NCBI GenBank assembly: GCA_964497125.1
Contig: CAZCDU010000010.1
Span: forward strand, 2,888 to 66,887
Direction of reading: 5' to 3'
Source: an uncultured Victivallales bacterium
GTDB lineage: Bacteria > Verrucomicrobiota > Kiritimatiellia > UBA8416
DNA length: 64,000 nt
The notes under the pieces were generated by a model that saw only the letters and a program-made list of their open reading frames with translations, made no database searches and had not been told where the DNA came from. Both the position numbers and the translations under genes were made by a program. This document shows, one piece after another, positions 26,006-36,797 of the stretch. The stretch's first letter is position 1, and every line of letters starts with the position of its first letter.

Positions 26006-26605
26006 GTGAATACGGGCGAACAACATGCGTGGAATACGCTGAAGGCACTGAACGAGGACGAGGTCTGCGCCCGCACGGGGGCAACCTATGATCCCGCTAC
26101 CGGCCTGTACGGACTGAACCTGTTCAATCAGCACGTGGACGTATCACCCGACTCAGAAACCGTCACCAGCCCGACCCCGGACGGCACCCACCTCGTAACC
26201 GCACTCTCCTATTTCTCGGTGCTCTCGGTACTCTCGTTTTTGATTAACGGAAAGGACACCCCGCCTTCCGGCAACCTGGTAAAACCGGCCGAACTATCCG
26301 GCATGGAGGCCATGGTGCGGGGAAGCCATACCTTGCCGCTGCACAAGCTTACGGCACGCCATGCGAATAACATCGAAGGCTTCCTGCAACGCGGCGCAAC
26401 CTATGGTGGAACTCCTCAATCCTACGGGGACGCCTCCCTGCTCCTGCAGCCGTTCCAAGCGATGCCGGTCGTCTTGATCCTCTGGGCAGCGGACGAGGAG
26501 TTTCCCGCGCGGAGCGATCTTCTGCTTGACCGCTCCAGCGAGAGCCAGGTCCCTGCCGATATCCTGTGGTGCATTATGATGCTCTCGATCCTGGCGATGA
26601 TGTGA
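26006..26605 (+). CDS. hypothetical protein, DUF3786-like (a family I recall as frequently adjacent to CODH/ACS clusters)
   Basis: 199-aa ORF divergent from the acs cluster. The family assignment is from memory and was not verified. Confidence 0.4.
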   Translation: MNTGEQHAWNTLKALNEDEVCARTGATYDPATGLYGLNLFNQHVDVSPDSETVTSPTPDGTHLVTALSYFSVLSVLSFLINGKDTPPSGNLVKPAELSGMEAMVRGSHTLPLHKLTARHANNIEGFLQRGATYGGTPQSYGDASLLLQPFQAMPVVLILWAADEEFPARSDLLLDRSSESQVPADILWCIMMLSILAMM

Positions 26606-26608
26606 GGA

Positions 26609-27412
26609 CTACCGGCTTTGCCGGTAGGCCTGCAGATACGAGTTACTGTAGATGGTCTTGTCCAGTAGCACCTCGGCCGTAATCATCTCGTTCATCAGCA
26701 GCTCGTCCAGCGGATCATGAATAGAGGCGTCGAGCCCATTCGCAATAGCCATTACAAGAAATGCACGGTTGATCAGACCGCGTTCCGTTGCGCCCTGGCT
26801 CAGATTGCTGAGACCGATGACGACATGCGGCGCGGGATCGGAGAGCATCTTGAACTGGGCGATCGTTTCCAGCACCATCCCCGGAGCTTTCTGGTCGCAG
26901 TTGACGGGCAATATAATGGGGTCGAGGTAGAGGCTGTCGATAGGGACGTCGCGCTCAACCGCGGCACCCAGGGCCCGCATGGCAATCTCGAGTTTCGCGT
27001 CGGTTGTCGCGGCCACGCCGTTCTCATCAATCGAGAGACACACAATATCGGCGTCGAACTCCTTCGCCAGGTCCATGAAACCTTCCAGTTTATCCTGCTG
27101 CCCCGTGGTGGAATTGATGATCATCTTGCCACCCTTGCAACCCGCCTCCACGCCCACACGCATGGTAGAAAGCGCCGGATTATCCACGGCCAGCGGTTTG
27201 TCGGTGACCTCTCGGGTGGCCTCAACAAGCCAGCGCATCACGTCGGCACGCTCCGCCTTCGGCACGCGTGTTCCTACATTGATGTCAAGGGCATCCGCGC
27301 CGGCCTCGAGCTGCTTCTCGGCCATCGACTGCACAGGCTTCACATCCTTGTTGGCAATGGCATCCCCAATATCCGTGAACATTCCGTTAATGCGTTCCCC
27401 TATCACAAACAT
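26609..27412 (-). CDS. acsE: methyltetrahydrofolate:corrinoid/iron-sulfur protein methyltransferase
   Basis: 267-aa pterin-binding (DHPS-like) TIM barrel. 'MFVIGERINGMF' start is typical of AcsE/MeTr. Last gene of the Wood-Ljungdahl carbonyl-branch operon. Confidence 0.85.
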   Translation of the reverse strand: MFVIGERINGMFTDIGDAIANKDVKPVQSMAEKQLEAGADALDINVGTRVPKAERADVMRWLVEATREVTDKPLAVDNPALSTMRVGVEAGCKGGKMIINSTTGQQDKLEGFMDLAKEFDADIVCLSIDENGVAATTDAKLEIAMRALGAAVERDVPIDSLYLDPIILPVNCDQKAPGMVLETIAQFKMLSDPAPHVVIGLSNLSQGATERGLINRAFLVMAIANGLDASIHDPLDELLMNEMITAEVLLDKTIYSNSYLQAYRQSR

Positions 27413-27435
27413 GTCGATCGTTCCTTTCTCTGTTT

Positions 27436-28401
27436 TCAGGCTGTAAGTTTGTCAATGTGATTACGAATGGCTCTGACGGCATCAGGATGACGCATGACCA
27501 GGATATCGCTTCCGGCCTGCAACAGCACGCTGGCAGTTGTGAACTCCCAGAAGACACCCCGTGTCTGCTCGTCACCCCAGTCGGGCTGCTCTGCTTGTGT
27601 GGCCTTGGATTCCTTGGCCCGCCAGGCCTCCTGTCCAACCATGCAGATGACCGGCTGGGACATCATCTTATCGCCACTCAGGGCGGCCACCCGTCCACGC
27701 TCCTGGATCGAGTAGGTGTATTCAATGCCGTACCCGAGTGCGCCGGTCGTCTGGTACATGACCACTCGATCCAGCGGAAAGCCCATCTCAGACACAAGGA
27801 TATTGACCTGTTTGGCAATGTTGATGTCAATCGGGCTCAACCCTACCAGCGAATGCCCGTCCGCCAAGCATGAGGCCACGAGCGTCTTGTAGTTGTCCTC
27901 CTTGGCCGTACCAAAAAGGCACTTCTCGCCGGCCGCCGCCTGGCTGCATTTTGGAAGCACCTCGTTGTCCTTCTCGTCATGATCGCTTCCCCAGACCACT
28001 ACCGGAACATCAACGGCCTCCAGCACGGCCTTTACCGTTGCTGCCGCCTCATCCGGTGAACGATCACCGAAATCGGGGTGCGTGCCCACCAGGTTCAGAC
28101 AGATCAGCTCGGCCCCATGCTGCTCGACACAAGCCCTGGCCCATTCGGCCGGCGACTTCACCACGTCCCCGAGGGCGTCCAGGAGGGGTGCCGGCCATTC
28201 AGCTGGCTCACAGTCAAAGATCTCCATGGCTACCGCCGGCTTCCTGGGAGTGTCTCCCTCGCTATTGAAGAACGGCAATGACTTGGCGCCACCCACGGTA
28301 ACAACCGACCCGCGCGTGCCGCCATCTTCAGGCGTCGCCCCAATCGTCAATTCGTGTACCGCGCCCGCCCACTTTTCTTGTGCATCACTAATCATGCTCA
28401 T
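27436..28401 (-). CDS. acsD: corrinoid iron-sulfur protein small subunit
   Basis: 321-aa TIM-barrel-type CFeSP delta subunit lacking the N-terminal FeS motif. Adjacent to acsE and acsF. Confidence 0.8.
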   Translation of the reverse strand: MSMISDAQEKWAGAVHELTIGATPEDGGTRGSVVTVGGAKSLPFFNSEGDTPRKPAVAMEIFDCEPAEWPAPLLDALGDVVKSPAEWARACVEQHGAELICLNLVGTHPDFGDRSPDEAAATVKAVLEAVDVPVVVWGSDHDEKDNEVLPKCSQAAAGEKCLFGTAKEDNYKTLVASCLADGHSLVGLSPIDINIAKQVNILVSEMGFPLDRVVMYQTTGALGYGIEYTYSIQERGRVAALSGDKMMSQPVICMVGQEAWRAKESKATQAEQPDWGDEQTRGVFWEFTTASVLLQAGSDILVMRHPDAVRAIRNHIDKLTA

Positions 28402-29174
28402 TACTCTGACTCCTCTAGAAGTTTGGACACCAAGTCATCCACCACGCTCGCCGCCTTGGAATCCGCCGTTAAATCAAGAAGTGATTTCGACTCCATCTCG
28501 CTATCAAGGACCATTGAATCGGTCGGAACCGTTGCAATCACCTCGAGCCCCGTCTCGTCGAATAGCGCCCTTAGCTCGGCCGGCGGATCCTGGTCACACC
28601 CATTCAACACCAGGTAGGTTTTGCCGATATCGAGACTCAGGCTTTTGATGAGCTCCAGAATCCGCATCGTCGTCCGGGCCCCGATGACGGTCGGCTGGCA
28701 AACCACCAGTAGCACCTCCACGCTCCCGTTAGAGCGGCGACTGAGGTGCTCGAGTCCTGCCTCATTATCAATCACCACGGCCTTGTATTGCTGGCCAATC
28801 TTGTCCAGGCAGGAACGCAACAGGTTATTGATGTAGCAATAACAGTCCGGCCCTTCCTGCCGCCCCATCGTGATCAGGTCAAAGCCCACGGCCTCGGTAA
28901 TCTCTTCATTGATCAGGCGTTCAATCCACTCGGTCTTCGAAATGCCCGCCGGCTTCTTGTCCGGCTCGGCACGCAATTGCTCACGAAGCTCGCCGATGGT
29001 TTCTTCGGGCACAACACCCAGCCGCTCGTGAAGACAGCTATTCGGATCCGCATCAACGGCCAATAGCGGCTTCAGTCCATGGGTCCTGACCAGGCTACGA
29101 CACAACAGGGCAGCAATGGTTGTCTTCCCCGTGCCTCCTTTACCCGCAATTGCAATTCTCATTGGCATCGACAT
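28401..29174 (-). CDS. acsF: CooC/AcsF-type Ni-insertion ATPase (MinD/ParA fold)
   Basis: Deviant Walker A 'AIAGKGGTGKTT' and a 'CYC'-like metal-binding motif 'GPDCYCYIN'. Length 257 aa. Confidence 0.8.
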   Translation of the reverse strand: MSMPMRIAIAGKGGTGKTTIAALLCRSLVRTHGLKPLLAVDADPNSCLHERLGVVPEETIGELREQLRAEPDKKPAGISKTEWIERLINEEITEAVGFDLITMGRQEGPDCYCYINNLLRSCLDKIGQQYKAVVIDNEAGLEHLSRRSNGSVEVLLVVCQPTVIGARTTMRILELIKSLSLDIGKTYLVLNGCDQDPPAELRALFDETGLEVIATVPTDSMVLDSEMESKSLLDLTADSKAASVVDDLVSKLLEESE

Positions 29175-31110
29175 TCTCCCTTTCTATGTTTTGGACTGAT
29201 GGAAATTTCTCAATGCACGTGTGGGGCAGGAAAAGACATGAACTGTACTCATTCATGTAACGGTGGTACGTGCTCAGCTCAATGTGCATCATGATGGCGG
29301 CGATCTTCTCGGTGACGTAGCGAAAAGCGCCGGCCGACAGCAGGCTCATCTTGGCGCCCTGGACGGCGCCATTCCCGACGAAATGAAAACACTCATGATC
29401 CATGTCCGGCAACAGGCCGATGTTGATGGCGCAACGGATATCCAGGTAGTTGCCGAAGCCGCCGGCAATATAGACGTTCTTTACATCGTCGAATGACAGG
29501 CCCATGTAGTCCAACAGGCACTCTGCGCCCATGTAGATCGAGCCCTTGGTGTGAATCAGGTTGTTGATGTCCGCCTCGGAGAGAAAGATGTCGCGACCGA
29601 GGGCGGTCTCCTCACCGGAAAACAGGACAAACTCCGTATCGCCACTCTCGCTGACACGCGTACGCGAACCACACATCTCTTTAACAAACCGCCCCCGGCG
29701 ATCGATACACCCAACCCGCAGCAGTTCTCCCACGGCGTCAATCAGGCCTGACCCGCAAAACGCCAGTGGCTTGCCATCCCCCACCACGCCACACGAGACA
29801 ATGCGTCCCCCCTTGCCAAGCCGAATACGCTCGATGGCGCCTTCGGTGGCCCGCATCCCGCAACTGATACCGCCCCCTTCAAACGCCGGCCCGGCGGAGG
29901 CGGAACAGCATACCAACCAGTCCGAATTCCCGAGTACCAGTTCGCCATTCGTCCCCAAATCAATCAACAGGGAGAGATCCTCCGATGCCATCATGCCCGA
30001 CACGAGCACATCCGCTACAACGTCACCGCCCACATAACTGGCAACTGACGGCAACACAGCCAGCAGCCCGCGCTTGTGAATGCCGATGCCGACTTCCGCC
30101 GCACGGATCACGGGAGGTGCCGTTGCACATGGCACGTACGGGTCGCGCCGTATATGGGCCGGGTCCAAGCCATAGAGAAGGTGGATCATGGTGGTGTTGC
30201 CGGCCCCAACGATGTAGCCTACATCGCTAAGCTTGCCCCCCGCGTCCATCACGAGGGCCGCGATCAGATCATTGATGTCGTCAACCAGCAGCTCTCGCAG
30301 ACCGCGCCGCCGCTCTGCAGAGGAGGCGCACATGATGCGGGCGATGACATCGTCACCAAAGCAGGCCTGCGAATTATACTTGGCCTTGGTGGACAGGGTC
30401 TCAGAGGTGACCAGGTTCACCAGGTGGGCCACAACCGTGGTCGTGCCGATATCGACGGCTACACCCAGGTTGGTGGTCGAGGTGTCGCCCGGCTCGATTT
30501 CGACAACTTCCGTGGTCCCGTTGCGCCACCCCAACACAGCCGTCACACACCAGTTGTTCTCACGTAACAAGTTCGGAAGGCGGCGCAGGACCGAGAGTCC
30601 CGTTTGCATGATGGGGATATCGTGCTGTAGTCGAATTTCCCGGTAGAGGCGCTCTTCATCCGACAGGTTGTCATCAACCGTCGGCGGCGGCAACTGCAAG
30701 GCCAGCTTCATGCATAGCGGCTGGTAAACGAAAGGGGCAACAGCACCATCCGCGCTGGGCATAACCCGCCCGAAGCGAATGGCATCTTCCGAGGCCAGTT
30801 GCGGCACACCGCCGATTCGTGACTCGAGGGGTACCTCGACGACGGCGTCACCATCGACATACGTCTGGCACGCAAGGGCCATGCCGCGCTGAATCTCGCG
30901 GCGAGTCAGGAACATCGTCGGTTGGGCCGTGACCTTACCCGACTTCACCGCCACGCGACATTTACCGCACACGCCCTCCCCACCACATATCGTATTGATA
31001 TGGATCCCCGCAGCCTTGGCTACCTCTAACAGGCTTTTGCCGCGCGCCGCGGGGATCGTCTTCTTTTCGGGAAGGAACGTGATCGAATAGGTTTTCATGC
31101 AGACGGCCAA
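29140..31110 (-). CDS. reductive activator of corrinoid protein (RACo/AcsV-like): N-terminal 2Fe-2S ferredoxin plus ASKHA-fold ATPase
   Basis: N-terminal plant-type ferredoxin motif 'CGGEGVCGKCRV...C'. The remaining ~550 aa have an ASKHA/DUF4445-like sequence ('DIGTTTV', 'DLGTNGE'). Located between acsC and acsF. Confidence 0.75.
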   Translation of the reverse strand: MAVCMKTYSITFLPEKKTIPAARGKSLLEVAKAAGIHINTICGGEGVCGKCRVAVKSGKVTAQPTMFLTRREIQRGMALACQTYVDGDAVVEVPLESRIGGVPQLASEDAIRFGRVMPSADGAVAPFVYQPLCMKLALQLPPPTVDDNLSDEERLYREIRLQHDIPIMQTGLSVLRRLPNLLRENNWCVTAVLGWRNGTTEVVEIEPGDTSTTNLGVAVDIGTTTVVAHLVNLVTSETLSTKAKYNSQACFGDDVIARIMCASSAERRRGLRELLVDDINDLIAALVMDAGGKLSDVGYIVGAGNTTMIHLLYGLDPAHIRRDPYVPCATAPPVIRAAEVGIGIHKRGLLAVLPSVASYVGGDVVADVLVSGMMASEDLSLLIDLGTNGELVLGNSDWLVCCSASAGPAFEGGGISCGMRATEGAIERIRLGKGGRIVSCGVVGDGKPLAFCGSGLIDAVGELLRVGCIDRRGRFVKEMCGSRTRVSESGDTEFVLFSGEETALGRDIFLSEADINNLIHTKGSIYMGAECLLDYMGLSFDDVKNVYIAGGFGNYLDIRCAINIGLLPDMDHECFHFVGNGAVQGAKMSLLSAGAFRYVTEKIAAIMMHIELSTYHRYMNEYSSCLFLPHTCIEKFPSVQNIERENVDANENCNCG

Positions 31111-32435
31111 ACGGTCTTTAGGTATTTCGAGATGCCGCTGGCCTCACGTGGGCCCACCAGGACATCCCAACCAGAGTCTTCCTTCACGGCACCGCTCATC
31201 ACGGAGACGTAGCCCGGAATGATCACCTTCTTGTGTGACACTTTGCTGGTCACGGTATCGGAGTTGAGGAATTCGGCAACGTCGGCCGACGTCAACTTGT
31301 CCGCGGCAAATGCCGTCAAGACCGAGGTGCCCTCCGTGTCGATGACGCCAATATAGGCAGGCACGCGACTCGCTTCGACCTCCCCTTCGACCGTGTAATA
31401 GGTCAGAGAGAAGTTTGTCGTAAGCAGCAGGGGTGAGTCCGCCGTAACGGCTCCCACCTCGTAGAGCTTTGGCTCCACCTGGATCGGCTTGCGTGGATCC
31501 GTGTAGATGTTCTGGCTGACGGTCAGAATCGGCAAGATATGCTCGGGTTTGTACAGACGCGTCAGGACCACGCCGGCATACTTAGCCACGTAGGTGCTGC
31601 ACTCGCCGATGTTGCCGAACACGTCATCATCCGAACAGGTCACCAGGCATGGATACCCAAGGCTACGCAACCCCTTCTTGATCGCAAGCTGCCGCGCAGC
31701 CGTGAGGCTGGCCAGCGAATCAACAATGCCACCGGCCGAAACGTCAAGAACCAGCTCTTCGACACCAGCCGCCTTGGCCTTCTCGGTCAGCTCAGCCAGG
31801 GATTCGAGGCTGTCGCCCGAAACCACCAGCGGACATTTTTTCTCCGCTGCCAGCGCGGCAAATGCGTCGCATGTGTCTGCGGAAGCCCCGTGAACCAAGG
31901 GGCGATCAGCGGCACAGACATCCAGCGCCGCCCCCATATTGGCGGCATCCGTGGCGATCAGCACCAGGGGCAAACCGAGTCCCTGGGCGCTCTCGACCGC
32001 GGCGACAAAGCGATCTTTGTCACCGCTGGCATTCTCAACCCCCACCACGTTGACGCCGATGTCGGTTCCCACGCGGTGGAACTGCAGCTTACCAATCGCA
32101 GCCACGTGTTCCGCCAGCGCCTCGGCATCAAGGTCGTCCGGGATGATGGAGCCGATCCCCGGGGGGTGGTAGAATGACTCGTCATGCCGGAACATGACCG
32201 TTTCATTACCGACTTCCAGTTTCTTAGGCCCACCCCCGATTGTTACGAGCTGAATGGGCGGGGCCGAGGATCCTTCCAGCTCCGCCTTGGACTCATCGCT
32301 GACGTCCGGACAGTCGTCCAGGCTCGCCTGCTTCTGTGCCAGCTTCATGGAGAAGGCCAGACAGGTTGGACTTCCACACTTCTTGCAGTTTGTTTTCGGG
32401 AGCAGTTTAAAGATATCGAGTGCTTTGAGCGCCAT
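31095..32435 (-). CDS. acsC: corrinoid iron-sulfur protein large subunit
   Basis: N-terminal [4Fe-4S] motif 'CKKCGSPTCLAFSMKLA', then a TIM barrel and a C-terminal B12-binding-like domain. Length 446 aa. Confidence 0.85.
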   Translation of the reverse strand: MALKALDIFKLLPKTNCKKCGSPTCLAFSMKLAQKQASLDDCPDVSDESKAELEGSSAPPIQLVTIGGGPKKLEVGNETVMFRHDESFYHPPGIGSIIPDDLDAEALAEHVAAIGKLQFHRVGTDIGVNVVGVENASGDKDRFVAAVESAQGLGLPLVLIATDAANMGAALDVCAADRPLVHGASADTCDAFAALAAEKKCPLVVSGDSLESLAELTEKAKAAGVEELVLDVSAGGIVDSLASLTAARQLAIKKGLRSLGYPCLVTCSDDDVFGNIGECSTYVAKYAGVVLTRLYKPEHILPILTVSQNIYTDPRKPIQVEPKLYEVGAVTADSPLLLTTNFSLTYYTVEGEVEASRVPAYIGVIDTEGTSVLTAFAADKLTSADVAEFLNSDTVTSKVSHKKVIIPGYVSVMSGAVKEDSGWDVLVGPREASGISKYLKTVWPSA

Positions 32436-32528
32436 GATGATCTCCGTTTTGGTTGCGTCCGTGCGTCGCTCATCCCAGGAGCGCGATTCGGACGAAATGC
32501 AGTTCTATCGCCTGGGCCGATATCCTTC

Positions 32529-34706
32529 CTAGAATACAGCTTCCATTTCGAGCGCCGGATGACCGACCTTCGTCAGGAATTCCACGAGTTCCTCGCCGGT
32601 GGTCGCCACCGTCTCATCCGCGATTTTGTCCAACAGATCCGGCACACCTTCCTCCTCGGCACGCTGGACAAATCGCTCGGCAAAGTACTCCTTCAACTCT
32701 TTCGGCATCCAGACCAGGCGCTTCAGGCCACCGTCACCGGAGATGAACTTCCGGCTGAGGGCGTACAACCGCCCCACCCCAAGGAACCCAGGCGTCTGGT
32801 TGCCGCCACCCACACACCCGGCCAGCGTTGAGAACTTCATGCCACAGGGCGTGTCCCCAGGAAATTCCCGGTTCACGAGCATGAATCCGTTGGCTTCGGG
32901 AACCAATGCGAGGACGCACTCAAAACAGCCGCACGAGGTCATCGGCGATTGGATCACCGAGTAGATGCTGACATTGTCAATCGTACGGTTGGTGTTGTTG
33001 TACACGAACTCGTTAATGCCTTCCCAAATCCCCGCAGATTCGTCGATGAGCTTGCCCTTGGCGATGGGCTGATTCCCACCCGCGGGATCAATCTGGTACG
33101 CCGCCTTGCCATCAAGCCAGTTGTAGGCGCCGCAAAGCCCCAGCCGTTCAGGACTGATCACGCAGATGTGGTTCGGGGCAAACGACTGGCACAGCGAACA
33201 GGAATAGAACTCCTCGACGCTTTCGTCCGTCATATCGGAGACCCGCTCATCGCGTTCATCGTATCCCGGCCTCACGGTGGCCAGCATTTCCTTAACCTTC
33301 GCGGGCTCCGAATAGATGGTCACCTGCACCTTGTCGACAATCTTACCGTACACATCGTGAACACGTGCATGCAGGATGTTCCCGAAGTGCTTCAGCCGGA
33401 ATCCGGCTTTGAAGGCATCTTTGCTGATGCGCACCCAGATCAGGTCACGCTGCCCCATGTGGAACGCCCCCATCGCGTAGTTGATGAAGTGGTGCACCTG
33501 CCGCTCAATGATGGATTCGAAATCCTTCTGCATCTGGCGACCGGCAACTTCGATGTAGAGGCCGAGGGCCATGTCGCCCCCGAGCTCAACGCTATCGGCA
33601 TCCGGTCCGATGAGTTCAACTTTGCCATCCTCGATCTCGTCCATTTCCCGCATGTGCACATACTCGAAGGCATCCGAATACTTGCCGCCGAATTGCAGTT
33701 GCATATCTTCCTTGCGGACGCGCTCGCCTTCAAAGGCCGCAGAGAAAGAGACGGGGATATCAATCTCGGACACCGTCACCTTGACCCCGCGCACTTCAAT
33801 ACAACGCGGTACAATATTCATGTGATCCAGCTCGCGTACCACGTGCTCATAGGTGCAAATGCCGGTTGGGAGGATCTCGGGAATCGCGGTGTCGGCAATG
33901 GCGGGGAACCCCATATTGATGGCGCCGGCAGCCGTGGCATACTTCTGGTCATCGACCTCGCCCAGCGCCACGGCGAATGCAAACACGCGGTTCTTGCAGT
34001 ACTCCAGGCATTCCCGCGCCTGGCCGGGCTTCAGGCCGCCAAACGTGAGGGCGCCACGCATGGCCCAGTTAAGAGGATAAATGGTGCTGAGCGTATCGCG
34101 GCCAAAGGGAACAATGTAGCTATCCCATCCCAGTTCGACTTTCGCCTCAACCAGCTGGTCGATGATGCTGACACCATTCGATGACGAGCCGGCAAAGACC
34201 ATGATCTGCCGCTTCTGGAATTCGCGCACAATATGGACCGCCGTTTCGGTATCCGGTGCTGCGCCCAGTATGGCAGCAAAGCCAGGCATGCGCCCGTCAA
34301 CCAACTGAATACCAAGCGTGCGAAGAATCGTATCGCTGAAGAAGCCGTTGCAGCCATCCTGCGGTTCCTGTTCATGCAGGTAGCGCAGAACCATGATGAT
34401 CTCTTCGGCCAGCAACGTGGCAATGCCGGCGTCCAGCGCATTGCCCAGGTAGGGGAACCAGAGATCATCGGCAGGTACCTCGCCCAACAGCTCCCGCATA
34501 TGCTCAAGGATCGGTTTGAGCCCACCGACAGTTGAGACATTCAGGCCCATCAGGGCATGGGACATCGGCAGATAGTAGGCGGTATCGGGGAACCCGATCG
34601 CCGTGTCCTCGCTCTTCTCCTCCCGAGCACGCTCAAACATGGCTTCGGCCTGCCCCACGATATCGTGCGCGCCACGAATGGCTGCGCTGGCAATGATTTT
34701 GGACAT
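32529..34706 (-). CDS. acsB: acetyl-CoA synthase (CO-methylating), A-cluster subunit
   Basis: 725 aa with the A-cluster motif '...SCGCFEC...' (Cys-Gly-Cys bridging the Ni sites) and conserved ACS domains. Confidence 0.9.
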   Translation of the reverse strand: MSKIIASAAIRGAHDIVGQAEAMFERAREEKSEDTAIGFPDTAYYLPMSHALMGLNVSTVGGLKPILEHMRELLGEVPADDLWFPYLGNALDAGIATLLAEEIIMVLRYLHEQEPQDGCNGFFSDTILRTLGIQLVDGRMPGFAAILGAAPDTETAVHIVREFQKRQIMVFAGSSSNGVSIIDQLVEAKVELGWDSYIVPFGRDTLSTIYPLNWAMRGALTFGGLKPGQARECLEYCKNRVFAFAVALGEVDDQKYATAAGAINMGFPAIADTAIPEILPTGICTYEHVVRELDHMNIVPRCIEVRGVKVTVSEIDIPVSFSAAFEGERVRKEDMQLQFGGKYSDAFEYVHMREMDEIEDGKVELIGPDADSVELGGDMALGLYIEVAGRQMQKDFESIIERQVHHFINYAMGAFHMGQRDLIWVRISKDAFKAGFRLKHFGNILHARVHDVYGKIVDKVQVTIYSEPAKVKEMLATVRPGYDERDERVSDMTDESVEEFYSCSLCQSFAPNHICVISPERLGLCGAYNWLDGKAAYQIDPAGGNQPIAKGKLIDESAGIWEGINEFVYNNTNRTIDNVSIYSVIQSPMTSCGCFECVLALVPEANGFMLVNREFPGDTPCGMKFSTLAGCVGGGNQTPGFLGVGRLYALSRKFISGDGGLKRLVWMPKELKEYFAERFVQRAEEEGVPDLLDKIADETVATTGEELVEFLTKVGHPALEMEAVF

Positions 34707-34760
34707 AATCTTTCCTCCCTAAAACGGATCGCCCTCGGTCGTTGGTCGTTGTGAATGGAC

Positions 34761-36791
34761 TTAAGGGCGCTTTCCGCCACAGTGATGACTCGGGGGCAAT
34801 CCCCCAAATTCGTCCTTGTCCGCCGGCTGCGCAACCATGTTCGCACGATGCGTTGCCGGCTCCTTCTCTTCCGCCTTCAGAAACGGTTCGTCGTACATCA
34901 GCGGACGCAGTTTCAGAGCGGCTCGCTTCGTCTCCATATGTTCCATCATCAGGCGCGCAGCCTTCACCGGATCCTCTTCAAAGCTGAACTTTCCTCCGGT
35001 AATGGCCTCGACATCTTCCGTGAGGAAGCGGGTTACATCTTCACTGCCCTCGATGCGCATGACCGGCGCGTAATTCACGAAGGCGCCCGAGGCCACGCAG
35101 TAGAACCCGATGGCAATCGCCTTCTCGCACATGGCCTCCGGCGCGGCGCCGGCGATGGGAAGATCCGACAGTTTCTCGCCGAGTCCGCCTTCCTTAATCA
35201 TCTCACACAGCGCCACAAGAATACGGCTGTTGTCCACGCACGATCCGAAGTGCAGAACAGGCGGAATACCCACCGCCTCACAGATCTCCTGCAGCCCCTT
35301 GCCGGCATACTCCTTTGCCGCTTCCGGTTGCAGAAGCCCAACCTTGGCGCAGGCGGTAGCCGCACACCCGGTCATGATCACCAGCACATCGTGTTTGAGA
35401 AACTCCTTCACCATCTTGAGGTGACTGTCGTCCTGTGTCTTCTTGACCGTGTTGCACCCGATCACGGCCGCCACGCCACGTAGCCGGCCCGAAATGATGC
35501 CATCATTCAGGGGGCGGAAGCTCGATCGGTACCTGCCCCCCAGGTGGGTGAAGGTGTTGGCGACGGTAAACCCGGCCACCAGGTCGTTCTTGTGTTCCGG
35601 AATATCAACGGGCCCGCGGTTCGGGTAGTTGTCGATAGCGCGTCGCACGATATCCTTGGCGATATCAAAGGCCTTGTCTTCCTCGAACTGTACATGTTCG
35701 GCACCGGGGATATGCGCTTTCTTGCTCGTCGTGACGACCTTGGTGTGAAAGCGGGAGGCGTGCTCGATCACAGCGGGAATGATACACTGCACGTCAACCA
35801 GCATCATGTCCACGGCACCCGTTGCAATGGCCAGTTCCTGGTGCAGGAAATTGCCGACAACCGGGGCGCCTTGGCGCATCAGGATCTCGTTCGCGGTACA
35901 ACAGATGCCGCCGACCAGGATGCCTTCCGCCCCCTTGCTCTTGGCCAGTTCGAGAAGCTCGGGATCGCGACTGGCGGCCACGACCATCTCCGAGAGCGTC
36001 GGCTCATGCCCATGCACAACGATATTGACCTCGTTCGACTTGAGAACGCCCAGATTCACCTCGCTGCGCACCGGTTCGGGAACACCGAAAAGGATATCAC
36101 CTATGTCCGTGGCCAGCATGGCGCCGGCCCAGCCGTCCCCCATCGAGGTGCGCAGACCATGCTTCAAAATGTTGACGTAGTCGGCATCCACACCCTCATG
36201 CGTGCGGTGCAGGGTCTCTACAATCTCATGTTCCACCCCGACCGGGATCAGGTCATGCTTGCGCCAGTTCTTCACGGTCGCTTCCGGTGCCCGGGCCGCC
36301 GGGTAGTGGAGCTCCCCATCAAGGTTATTGAATTGAGCCAGGGCCGCGAGCGCGAGCTCCTCGGCGATCTCCTCCTTGGTCCGGTCCTGGGTCTCGATAT
36401 CCCACTCTTTAGCGATCTCATGCAGACGACGCTCGCTTTTGATCTGGTAACCCTGGGCCTCGCCACGAGCGGTCATGAGCAAGGTCTTTACGATGTCATG
36501 TCCGTGATCGGCATGGGCTGCGGTACCCGCGGCCACCTGGCGAATCAGGTGTCGCGATGCCACGGTTGCAGCATTGGCGCCACAGATTCCGCGCGGGTTC
36601 TTCTTTGAAATTCGACAGGGACCCATTTCACAGATTCGGCAACAGACGCCCTTTTCCCCGAAGGGACAACGCTTGCCCTGTGCCTCGTGCCGGTCATAGG
36701 CGGTTCCAATCTCACCCTCGCCGGCTTTCGCCATCATGGCTTCAGCCGCCGGATCAACCGTTCTTTTCGATTCCGTACTCATAACGTGCAT
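34761..36791 (-). CDS. acsA: anaerobic Ni,Fe carbon monoxide dehydrogenase catalytic subunit
   Basis: 676 aa. N-terminal B/D-cluster cysteines 'CPFGEKGVCCRICEMGPCR' and C-cluster motifs typical of CooS/AcsA. Confidence 0.9.
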   Translation of the reverse strand: MHVMSTESKRTVDPAAEAMMAKAGEGEIGTAYDRHEAQGKRCPFGEKGVCCRICEMGPCRISKKNPRGICGANAATVASRHLIRQVAAGTAAHADHGHDIVKTLLMTARGEAQGYQIKSERRLHEIAKEWDIETQDRTKEEIAEELALAALAQFNNLDGELHYPAARAPEATVKNWRKHDLIPVGVEHEIVETLHRTHEGVDADYVNILKHGLRTSMGDGWAGAMLATDIGDILFGVPEPVRSEVNLGVLKSNEVNIVVHGHEPTLSEMVVAASRDPELLELAKSKGAEGILVGGICCTANEILMRQGAPVVGNFLHQELAIATGAVDMMLVDVQCIIPAVIEHASRFHTKVVTTSKKAHIPGAEHVQFEEDKAFDIAKDIVRRAIDNYPNRGPVDIPEHKNDLVAGFTVANTFTHLGGRYRSSFRPLNDGIISGRLRGVAAVIGCNTVKKTQDDSHLKMVKEFLKHDVLVIMTGCAATACAKVGLLQPEAAKEYAGKGLQEICEAVGIPPVLHFGSCVDNSRILVALCEMIKEGGLGEKLSDLPIAGAAPEAMCEKAIAIGFYCVASGAFVNYAPVMRIEGSEDVTRFLTEDVEAITGGKFSFEEDPVKAARLMMEHMETKRAALKLRPLMYDEPFLKAEEKEPATHRANMVAQPADKDEFGGLPPSHHCGGKRP

Positions 36792-36797
36792 CCACTC